Shown here piece by piece: positions 17,270 to 24,363 of a stretch of 32,000 nt of DNA. Origin of the DNA: Cupriavidus necator (GTDB lineage Bacteria > Pseudomonadota > Gammaproteobacteria > Burkholderiales > Burkholderiaceae); assembly GCF_016127575.1 (NCBI RefSeq), contig NZ_CP066018.1:570001-602000 (forward strand), read 5' to 3'. Made by a program: the position numbers and the translations under genes. Every line of letters starts with the position of its first letter. Within the stretch, counting starts at the first letter, position 1. Under the pieces are notes generated by a model, which did no database searches, was not told the DNA's origin, and worked only from the letters and a program-made list of their open reading frames with translations.

Positions 17270-17638
17270 TCATTGCGGGTCGAGCGCAAACCTGCGAACG
17301 CTCTTCCCGCTTCTCATGCTTCTGTGCCGGACAGCCCAGACGAGCCCACGCAGCGCCTGTTGATCGACTTGTTGGACTGCGGCTGTACACTGCTCCAGCA
17401 CCTCCTGCTCCGGGAACAGCATGAGTTCGGCCGCGCTCCCCAATACGAGCGCGATATCGAATGGCGAGCCTGTCGCGAGCGCGTGCCGCAGAAGGCTCGA
17501 CAAGCGGCGTTCGATGGCGGCACCGTCCGCGGCGTCCATTCGAATCCTTGCGACCGATGCCCGGATGAAGTGGAGCAGCTCACTGGAGCCAGGCTGATGC
17601 CCGAAGGCGGTCGTGGTCGAGCAGGAGCTTGACGTCAT
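17270..17638 (-). CDS. Hypothetical protein (122 aa), no recognisable family
   Basis: It fills the 480-nt gap between the ACAD and the amine oxidase on the same strand. ATG 17638 follows GGGAAAG by 6 nt (the track ORF starts at TTG 17656). About three quarters of third-codon positions are G/C by my hand count, lower than neighbouring genes but above non-coding expectation. A competing + strand ORF (17273..17632) exists. Confidence 0.4.
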   Translation of the reverse strand: MTSSSCSTTTAFGHQPGSSELLHFIRASVARIRMDAADGAAIERRLSSLLRHALATGSPFDIALVLGSAAELMLFPEQEVLEQCTAAVQQVDQQALRGLVWAVRHRSMRSGKSVRRFALDPQ

Positions 17639-17725
17639 CGCGGCTTTCCCATGCAAATGGCTGATTGGTCTGGCGCGCTCCAGCCGCCTGCAGCGACGGC
17701 CGGTATCCCGCGCTTGACCGGGCGC

Positions 17726-19015
17726 CTACTCCCGCGCCCACCCATTCTGGTAGAGGCGCCCGGCCAGCACGCCCAACCGCGACGTGAGCACGTAGTTCTC
17801 GCCGTCCTCGATCAGCGCCGAGCGCGCGTCGCGGAACAACTTCTCGATCGGGAACTCGCGCGTCGTGCCGTTGCCGCCGAAGAGCTGAAATGCCTCGTGC
17901 GTGATCTTCATGGCCTCCTCGGTTACGCTGACCTTGGCCTGCGCGGTCGCATAAGGGTGGCTCTGCGGAGACAGTCGCGCGAACGCCAGGCTGCGCCGGG
18001 CGATGGCCCGTGCCATCTCGAGCCGGCGCAGCATCTCGCCCACGCGCAACTGGGTCATCTGGTGTTCCAGCAGCAGCGCCCCGCCCTGCTTGCGCTCATG
18101 GCAATAGGCAAGCGCAAGTTCGAACGCGGCGCGGGCCGCACCGACAAAGACCTGGCACATGTGAGTACCTGCGAACGACCATGTAGAAGCCAGGTTTCCG
18201 AGGTACTCATCCTTCAGCGCGATGGCGAAGCGCTTGGGCACCCTGACGTTATCAAAATAGATCTCGCCCTGGGGCAACGCACGCTGGCCGATCTTGTCCA
18301 GCGGTTTGCCGCGCGAAATGCCAGGCAGGTCGAGCGGCAGGATCAGGCCGATGCCGTTGGTGAACGCGCCGTGCTCATCCGTCCCGTGGAACCCGTCGCC
18401 ATAGTCCGCCGCCATGTAGGCGAGCGCCACCTGTGCCACCGACCCGTTCGACACCCATGCCGAGCTCTGCCCGTTGATGACGATCTCGTCGGCACCGACC
18501 CTGGCGGTCACGTTGCCAACCGGCTGCTTTCCGCCTGCGCTCAGCTCTTCGCGGTAGAGGATCGCGGCATCGGAGCCACGGTCAGGCTGCGTATTCATCC
18601 AGCAACCGATCTTTCCAGTGCACATCTCGATCAGTTCCTGATTGCCGAGCGACTGCGCCATCGTCAGCGGCATGGTCGCAGCGCCGAGCGAAACGGCCAG
18701 ACCCGAATCCCCCCAGCCCAGCTCTTCGCCGATCAGGGACTCGATGCGCACCGCGACCTCCGGCGGGAACTGCGCGATGAGTTGCGGATCGAGCCCGAGC
18801 TTCGCGCTCTCCATCATCGCCGTCCAGTACGGAGAACCCGCAGCGATGACGTCCTCGGGCGCCATGCGGTCAAGCTCCCTGCCGATCGGCCGCAGCACAT
18901 CGCGCGCAAAGCGATGAACCGTCTGCTGAATCGCGTTTTCCTCTTCGCTCAGCGGCGTCTCGAATCCGGTCAGGCCAACTACCGGCAACGCCGCGGTCTT
19001 GTGCAATCGAATCAT
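17726..19015 (-). CDS. Acyl-CoA dehydrogenase family protein
   Basis: The true start is ATG 19015, 5 nt after a strong AGGAGGAG SD (MIRLHKTAALPVVGL...). 429 aa. ACAD N-, middle and C-terminal domains, with ...AFQLFGGNGTTREFPIEKLFRDARSALIEDGENYVL near the C-terminus. The 107-codon extension in the track is rejected. Confidence 0.9.
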   Translation of the reverse strand: MIRLHKTAALPVVGLTGFETPLSEEENAIQQTVHRFARDVLRPIGRELDRMAPEDVIAAGSPYWTAMMESAKLGLDPQLIAQFPPEVAVRIESLIGEELGWGDSGLAVSLGAATMPLTMAQSLGNQELIEMCTGKIGCWMNTQPDRGSDAAILYREELSAGGKQPVGNVTARVGADEIVINGQSSAWVSNGSVAQVALAYMAADYGDGFHGTDEHGAFTNGIGLILPLDLPGISRGKPLDKIGQRALPQGEIYFDNVRVPKRFAIALKDEYLGNLASTWSFAGTHMCQVFVGAARAAFELALAYCHERKQGGALLLEHQMTQLRVGEMLRRLEMARAIARRSLAFARLSPQSHPYATAQAKVSVTEEAMKITHEAFQLFGGNGTTREFPIEKLFRDARSALIEDGENYVLTSRLGVLAGRLYQNGWARE

Positions 19016-19082
19016 TCTGAGTCTCCTCCTGTCATGGAAGCATGCGTGGCGGCTTGCCGCAGATACGGCACGCCCATCGCTC

Positions 19083-19100
19083 ATCGTGTTAGAACACGAT
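19083..19100. promoter_or_regulatory. Inverted repeat ATCGTGTT-AG-AACACGAT (8-bp arms), candidate TetR-B operator upstream of the ACAD gene
   Basis: Read directly, 68-85 nt upstream of the ACAD ATG and just downstream of the TetR-B terminator. It is followed by two copies of CCAAACATA (19102-19110 and 19121-19129) and a short AACAT-N5-ATGTT repeat, all in an AT-richer stretch. Confidence 0.4.
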
Positions 19101-19135
19101 ACCAAACATAGGTCATGTTGCCAAACATACAAGCG

Positions 19136-19162
19136 AAAAAAAAGACAGGGTATTCCCTGTCT
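19136..19162 (-). terminator. Rho-independent terminator downstream of TetR-B
   Basis: On the minus strand: AGACAGGG-AATA-CCCTGTCT, a perfect 8-bp stem with a 4-nt loop, followed immediately by TTTTTTT. It lies 38 nt after the TetR-B stop codon (19200-19202). Confidence 0.8.
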
Positions 19163-19199
19163 CCTGGCGTTGGCACGCAGTAGCGTTGCTTTGTCGCCG

Positions 19200-19883
19200 C
19201 TAGCCGGCCATTTCGGTTGACCGCTCCTTGAATATGATCTGCTCGACAGCGGTCCGATATGCCGCATCGAGCCCGCGCGAGTCACGCTTGCGACGCCCCG
19301 CGCCGACCTGCAGCGCCAGTCCGTCGGCCAGCGCAATCAGCAACGAGGCAGCGTGCAGGCTGTCTGCCGTTTTCAGTTCCGGATTGATCGCCCGCACCAG
19401 TTCCGCAATGCCGCGCGTCAGCGTGTCATACCACTCCTCAAACATCCGCGCGCACTCGGGATCGGTCGATGCCAGCGAAACGAAGTGCCACCACAGCGCC
19501 GAGTCCTTGACATTCCTCGCGTCGCTGAGCGCCTTATCCAGCAGTGCGTTGAGCGACTCGCGCGGCGTGACGCGGCTGTCCAGCGCGCGCTTCAGGTCTT
19601 CGAGATAGGCGTCGATAATCGGCGCCATGATCGCCCGCAGGACGGCCTGCCGGGTGGGAAAGTAGTACTGGAGATTGCTGATGCTAATCCCGGCGCCGAG
19701 GGCGACGGCACGCAGCGAGAATTCCAGGCTGCCGCCCTCGAGCAACAGCTTTCTGGCAACGCGAACGATGGCATTGCGCGTGCGCAAGCCCTGGGCTCGC
19801 AAGCTGTCGGGGTCGGCTCCTGTGGCGGCTGCGCTCGATGCACGCCGCTTCCTGGGGGTGCGCTGCTCCATGGGCACTGTCAT
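19200..19883 (-). CDS. TetR/AcrR-family transcriptional regulator (B)
   Basis: 227 aa. HTH ...IVRVARKLLLEGGSLEFSLRAVALGAGISISNLQYYFPTRQAVL. The start may be ATG 19883 or ATG 19871. Confidence 0.9.
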   Translation of the reverse strand: MTVPMEQRTPRKRRASSAAATGADPDSLRAQGLRTRNAIVRVARKLLLEGGSLEFSLRAVALGAGISISNLQYYFPTRQAVLRAIMAPIIDAYLEDLKRALDSRVTPRESLNALLDKALSDARNVKDSALWWHFVSLASTDPECARMFEEWYDTLTRGIAELVRAINPELKTADSLHAASLLIALADGLALQVGAGRRKRDSRGLDAAYRTAVEQIIFKERSTEMAG

Positions 19884-20052
19884 CCTGTCTGCCTTGATTC
19901 AGGGCTTTTCAGCCCTTTGTAAGGAATCGCGCCAGCGGTAGGCTGGGCGGGCATCATTATATCTGACGCCCGTCGACGCGCGTGGCGCCCGGGTCGCTTC
20001 GGCGGGGGCTTACCTCCTTTGTCCTGATTGCGACGGCAATGATCGGCGAGGC

Positions 20053-21402
20053 CTACGACCGCGCTGCGTAGCGTGCCTTGCGGTTCACCCGATCGTCCAT
20101 CATGTTGGCCACGCCCAGCGCGGAATTGACGGCGCACCATTGCAGCGGTTCGGGCAGCGTCGACGGCGTCCTGTGGTGCAACGCCGAGAGTAGCGGATGC
20201 TCCGCGCCACGTATCCGTTCGGCCAGCAGCAGTCCCATCAACGACTGGGTACCTACGCCATGCCCGGAACACCCGGCGGTATAAAGGATGTTGCGGTCAG
20301 CACCCGCCGCGCCGACCACGGGCAGCGCATCGTAGGCAAGGCTGATGTACCCGCTCCAGCATGACCGGATGGCGACCCCTCCCAGCATGGGAAACCGCTC
20401 ATGCAGCGCCCTGGCCAGGGCACGGTAGGACGCTTCGTCCGGCACGTTCGGTGTCTGCGCACCATAGATGTAGCGCAACCGCTTCGTCGTCAGAACAAGC
20501 GTATTGCGCGCCGTCAGCCGATGGCTTTCCATGGTCCAGTGCGACGTCACGATGCCTTCGCGCCGTGGCCAGCCAAGCGACGCCAGTTGCGCCGAGGACA
20601 ATGGCTCAGTCTCGATTGCCGACACCCGCAGCGGCATTACCTTGTTCCGCAGCAAGCCAAGTTGCGGCGTATAGGCGTTGGTTGCAAGCACCAGGAACGG
20701 CGCGCTCGCGCTGCCCTTCGCGGTCCGCACCCGGACGGTGGGACCTTCGTCCCAGGACAGCACCGGCGTGTTCTCATAGAGCTTCACGCCCGCGCGCAGC
20801 GCCGCGCGCCGCAGCCCCAGAACATACTTGCCGGGATCGAGCGTACCGCCACGAGGGACATGACATCCGAACAGGAACGCCGGCGGGATGCCCCGTGCCC
20901 GCATCGCGGCGTAGTCCAGAAACTCCCCGGGAGAGCCAAGTTGCACGCCGGTACGCATGCTCTTGCGCAGCTTCCTTTCCTGGGACGGATGGACGCCCGC
21001 GCGGATGATGCCCGAGGCGTTGTAGTCGCAGTCGATCGCGTACTCTGCAAGCTTGCGCTCCACGTAGTCGACGCCTTCATCGTAGAAGCGCACGATTTCC
21101 CTGGCCTGCTGGTGTCCCACGCGCTTGAGAAACAGGTCGTACTCCAACCCCTGCCCACCCGCAAGATAGCCCGCGTTGCGCCCGCTCGCGCCGAACCCGG
21201 CGAACTCGCGTTCGAGGACGATCACCTTTGCCCCGCGCGCGGCAAGCTCCAGCGCGGTGGACAGTCCGGCAAAGCCGCCCCCGGCAACGACCACATCCGC
21301 GCTGACGTCACCGTCGAGTTGCGGCTGCAGGTCATCTGGCCGCTCCACCCAGCCTCCAAGTGGCCGATACGCCTGTCCGCCTTGCCAGTTGAACCCGTCC
21401 AT
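20053..21402 (-). CDS. FAD-dependent oxidoreductase, DAO family (PuuB-like); paralog B
   Basis: ATG 21402 follows a GAGGGAGG SD by 5 nt. The track start 21417 is a GTG overlapping the thiolase stop. ADVVVAGGGFAGLSTALELA...LEREFAGFGASGRNAGYL. Colinear with paralog A (2919..4280), including the shared C-terminal tail ...LPEPL(Q/R)W...(D)(D/E)R(V/S)NRKAR. Confidence 0.9.
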   Translation of the reverse strand: MDGFNWQGGQAYRPLGGWVERPDDLQPQLDGDVSADVVVAGGGFAGLSTALELAARGAKVIVLEREFAGFGASGRNAGYLAGGQGLEYDLFLKRVGHQQAREIVRFYDEGVDYVERKLAEYAIDCDYNASGIIRAGVHPSQERKLRKSMRTGVQLGSPGEFLDYAAMRARGIPPAFLFGCHVPRGGTLDPGKYVLGLRRAALRAGVKLYENTPVLSWDEGPTVRVRTAKGSASAPFLVLATNAYTPQLGLLRNKVMPLRVSAIETEPLSSAQLASLGWPRREGIVTSHWTMESHRLTARNTLVLTTKRLRYIYGAQTPNVPDEASYRALARALHERFPMLGGVAIRSCWSGYISLAYDALPVVGAAGADRNILYTAGCSGHGVGTQSLMGLLLAERIRGAEHPLLSALHHRTPSTLPEPLQWCAVNSALGVANMMDDRVNRKARYAARS

Positions 21403-21413
21403 ATCTGCCTCCC

Positions 21414-22655
21414 TCACTCCTTGCTCAAAATATGGATTGCAAGCGCAGCCTCTTCGACGCCCTGCAAGCCGCCACCGTTCTCCTGAATCGCGTGACGCGC
21501 GCCGCCTACCTGCCGCGCCCCTGCTTCTCCACGCAGTTGGGTGACCAGTTCGTAGAGCTGGCCGATACCTGTCGCACCCAGTGGATGGCCCTTGGATTCA
21601 AGGCCGCCAGACGTGTTGATCGGAATGCGCCCGCCGAGTGTAAATTCCCCGCGCTCCGCAGCCGGCCCACCCTCCCCCAGCGGCACCAGCCCAAGGTTTT
21701 CGGCCTGGATGATCTCGCCCATCGCCGAGGCATCGTGTACCTCGGCCACGTCGATATCCTCAGAGCCCAGGCCGGCCTGCTCATAAGCCTGAAGCGCGGC
21801 GAGGCGGCCGATGTTCTTCTCCGGCTCGTCGATGCGCCGATGCGAAAAGCTGCGGATCACGCTCGCCGCGATCCGGATGCAACGACTGCGATCGGCGCCG
21901 ATGCGCCGCAGACCCTCTTCCGTGCAGAGGATTGCCGCCGCTGCACCGTCCGAGACCGGCGCGCACATCGGCAGCGTGATCGGATAGGTGATCGGCGGCG
22001 CGGCGAGCACCTCTTCGACCGTAAAAGCCTGGCGGAACTGCGAATGCGGGTTGTGCACCGAATGCCCGTGATTCTTCGCCGATATAGCCGCAATCTGGCG
22101 CTGTGTCGTGCCGTAGGTCTTCATGTGATACCGGCACAGGGCGGCATAGATCTTCATGAAGCGGCTATAGGGCCGGTCGGATTCCGATCCCGGCGGCGGC
22201 TCGATGCCTTCCCCCAGCTTCGCCAGCGTCGCGAAGTTTTCCTCGACGCGGGATACGTCCCATCCCGCGTCGAACAAGGCGAACGACCTCGACTTGTCAG
22301 CGACGTTCATCTTCTCCGCGCCAAGTGCCAGCGCGACGTCGCAGCTGCCTGCCCTGAGGTGCTGTACTGCAAGGTGCACCGCCGTGCTGCCGGACGCGCA
22401 GGCATTTTCGACGTTGAACACAGGAATGCCTTCGATACCGACCTTGCTGAATACGACCTGGCCAGGGATCGACAACTGCCCCTGAAGCTGGCCATTGGTG
22501 ATGCCGGCGTAGAAGGCCGCACCGATGGCGTCGGCACTACAGCCGGCGTCCTGCAAGGCGCCGCGTAGCGCGGCACCGGCGAGTCCCTCGATGCTCATGT
22601 CGAAATGCCGGCCGAAGATGGTCATTGCGATGCCGGCGATGTAAATGTTGCTCAT
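21414..22655 (-). CDS. Thiolase-family protein, SCP-x/lipid-transfer-protein type
   Basis: True start ATG 22655 (MSNIYIAGIAMTIFGRH...). Catalytic Cys in VENACASGSTA, and GHPLGATG and ENGGG motifs near the C-terminus. 413 aa. The 79-codon upstream extension in the track is rejected. Confidence 0.9.
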   Translation of the reverse strand: MSNIYIAGIAMTIFGRHFDMSIEGLAGAALRGALQDAGCSADAIGAAFYAGITNGQLQGQLSIPGQVVFSKVGIEGIPVFNVENACASGSTAVHLAVQHLRAGSCDVALALGAEKMNVADKSRSFALFDAGWDVSRVEENFATLAKLGEGIEPPPGSESDRPYSRFMKIYAALCRYHMKTYGTTQRQIAAISAKNHGHSVHNPHSQFRQAFTVEEVLAAPPITYPITLPMCAPVSDGAAAAILCTEEGLRRIGADRSRCIRIAASVIRSFSHRRIDEPEKNIGRLAALQAYEQAGLGSEDIDVAEVHDASAMGEIIQAENLGLVPLGEGGPAAERGEFTLGGRIPINTSGGLESKGHPLGATGIGQLYELVTQLRGEAGARQVGGARHAIQENGGGLQGVEEAALAIHILSKE

Positions 22656-22678
22656 GTCTTCTTTCCTGGGTGCCTCGT

Positions 22679-24235
22679 TCAGATCTTGCGTTGCTGTCCT
22701 TGCCAGTACTGTTCTCTCAGATCCTTCTTCAACACCTTCCCGACCGGGCTTCGCGGCAGTGCGGCGACGAATTCCACGCTCTTCGGCGCTTTGACCGAGC
22801 CGAGCTTCTGTTTGCAAAGGGCAACGAGCTCGTCGGCGCTTACCTCGTAGCCCGCATTGAGTTCCACCACGGCTTTCACCGCCTCGCCCCACTTCTCGTC
22901 CGGCACGCCGATCACCGCGCAGTCCTGCACAGCCGGATGGGACCAGATCACCTGCTCGATTTCACTCGGATAGACGTTGAAGCCGCCGCTGATGATCATG
23001 TCCTTCTTGCGGTCGGTGATATGGAGGTAGCCCTCCGCATCGAGGTGTCCGATGTCGCCGGTATGCAGCCAGCCGTCGACGATCGCCTCCGCAGTCTTGT
23101 CGGGCGCCTTGTAGTAGCCCTTCATGACGAGGTCGCCGCGCACGCAGATCTCGCCGGTCTCGCCTTGCGGCAGAACCTCGCCGTGCTCGCCCATGATCTC
23201 CACACGGATGAGCGGGTTGGGACGGCCGACCGAGGATAGCCGTTCGTCGGACGCCAGTTCGCCGCCGACAAAATGCTCGGCCGGCGTCAGGTAGGAGATC
23301 GACGCCGGGGCCTCGGTTTGACCGTAGCCGCCGGCCATGATCGGGCCAAACACCTCGATAGAGCGCTTGAGCTTCTCTACCGACATGGGCGCAGCACCAT
23401 AAAGGAAGTACTTGAGCGATGAGAAATCCTGTTTCCCGATCCCGGGAATGTCCAGCAACCGGTAGATCACCGTCGGCGGCAGGAAGAGCTCCGTGACCCG
23501 GTGCTTCGCAATCGCACCGATCAACGCTGCCGGGTCCGGCTTCGGCAGCACGACCACCGTACCGCCGCGCGCAGTGCAGGGCAGCGACAGCATCCCGGCG
23601 GTATGCGTCATCGGCGCGGCGGCGAGATTCACCGGGCGTTCGTCCCCCTGGTAGGGGAACGCCATCATGAACTGCGCGAAGTACGCCTGGTAAGCGCGGT
23701 GCGCGTTCATTACGCCCTTGGGTGCTCCGGTCGTCCCGCCCGTTGCCGAAAGGGTCACGACATCGTCCATGTCGTAATCGATGAGCGGCGCGCTCGAGGC
23801 CTGGCCCTCGCTCCAAGTAGACAGCGACGGCGCCCACGGCAGCGCGGCATCGATACACACCCAGAGCCTGACCTTCGGCAGTCGGGGACGCAGCGTCTCG
23901 ATTACCGATGCGAACGCTTCCTGGAAGAACAGCACTTCGCAGTCGAATGCGTCAAGAATGAACTGGTTCTCCTCCGGCGCGTTGCGCCCGTTGACGGGGA
24001 TGTACGCCATCCCCGCTCGCCATAGCCCCAGCGCACAACTCCAGGCAGTCACGTCGTTATCTGCCCAGACCGCTCCCTTGGTTTCCCTGCCGAAGCCTTC
24101 CGCCAGCAACCCGTTGGCGATGCGGCAGGAAAGCTCGCCAATCTCCCGGAACGAGTAGCTGCGCTCGCCCTGGATATAGGCAATGCCGCGGGGATTGATG
24201 CGCAACCCGCGGTCAAAATAATCAATGATTGCCAT
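22679..24235 (-). CDS. AMP-dependent acyl-CoA synthetase/ligase (ANL superfamily)
   Basis: 518 aa. AMP-binding signature LSATGGTTGAPKGVMNAH, then YGQTE, GDIGHLDAEGYLHITDRKKDMIISGGFNVYP and a C-terminal ...LPRSPVGKVLKKDLR. GAGGA SD 9 nt upstream of ATG 24235. Confidence 0.9.
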   Translation of the reverse strand: MAIIDYFDRGLRINPRGIAYIQGERSYSFREIGELSCRIANGLLAEGFGRETKGAVWADNDVTAWSCALGLWRAGMAYIPVNGRNAPEENQFILDAFDCEVLFFQEAFASVIETLRPRLPKVRLWVCIDAALPWAPSLSTWSEGQASSAPLIDYDMDDVVTLSATGGTTGAPKGVMNAHRAYQAYFAQFMMAFPYQGDERPVNLAAAPMTHTAGMLSLPCTARGGTVVVLPKPDPAALIGAIAKHRVTELFLPPTVIYRLLDIPGIGKQDFSSLKYFLYGAAPMSVEKLKRSIEVFGPIMAGGYGQTEAPASISYLTPAEHFVGGELASDERLSSVGRPNPLIRVEIMGEHGEVLPQGETGEICVRGDLVMKGYYKAPDKTAEAIVDGWLHTGDIGHLDAEGYLHITDRKKDMIISGGFNVYPSEIEQVIWSHPAVQDCAVIGVPDEKWGEAVKAVVELNAGYEVSADELVALCKQKLGSVKAPKSVEFVAALPRSPVGKVLKKDLREQYWQGQQRKI

Positions 24236-24323
24236 TTCAAGTAGTCCTCAGAATCTGTGACGGTTCGGCCGGGTTGCGGTGCGAGCCGTCCGTGTACGGG
24301 TCAAAGCGGCCGGTGCATTTTTC

Positions 24324-24355
24324 CCGCCCCGGGCCTGAAGAGCAGGCCGGGGCGG
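24324..24355 (-). terminator. GC-rich stem-loop 9 nt downstream of the reductase stop, putative intrinsic terminator or intercistronic processing/attenuation hairpin
   Basis: CCGCCCCGG(G)CCTG / loop AAGAG / CAGGCCGGGGCGG gives a 13-bp stem with one bulged G. There is no U-tract on the minus-strand transcript (it is followed by GAAAAATG), so it is not a canonical terminator. Confidence 0.4.
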
Positions 24356-24363
24356 CACGGCAA

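Noticed and set aside
19171-19190. TGGCAC...TTGC, resembling a sigma-54 -24/-12 promoter.
   Set aside because: The GG-to-GC spacing is 16 nt instead of the canonical 12. It points along the + strand, where no gene follows.
17726-19336. N-terminal extensions in the ORF track: ACAD +107 codons, thiolase +79, SDR +49, kinase +33, pntAA +26, RidA +54, and others.
   Set aside because: The extensions are Arg/Ser/Cys-rich and non-homologous-looking, and they overlap upstream genes or terminators. Internal ATGs with good Shine-Dalgarno sequences give family-typical N-termini. Several track starts are actually TTG/GTG codons read as Met.
19901-19916. AGGGCT-TTTC-AGCCCT hairpin between the DAO-B stop and the TetR-B start.
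   Set aside because: It has only a 6-bp stem and no U-tract on the transcribed (minus) strand. It sits 18 nt from the TetR-B ATG, so it may just be part of that gene's leader. The evidence is insufficient to call it a terminator.
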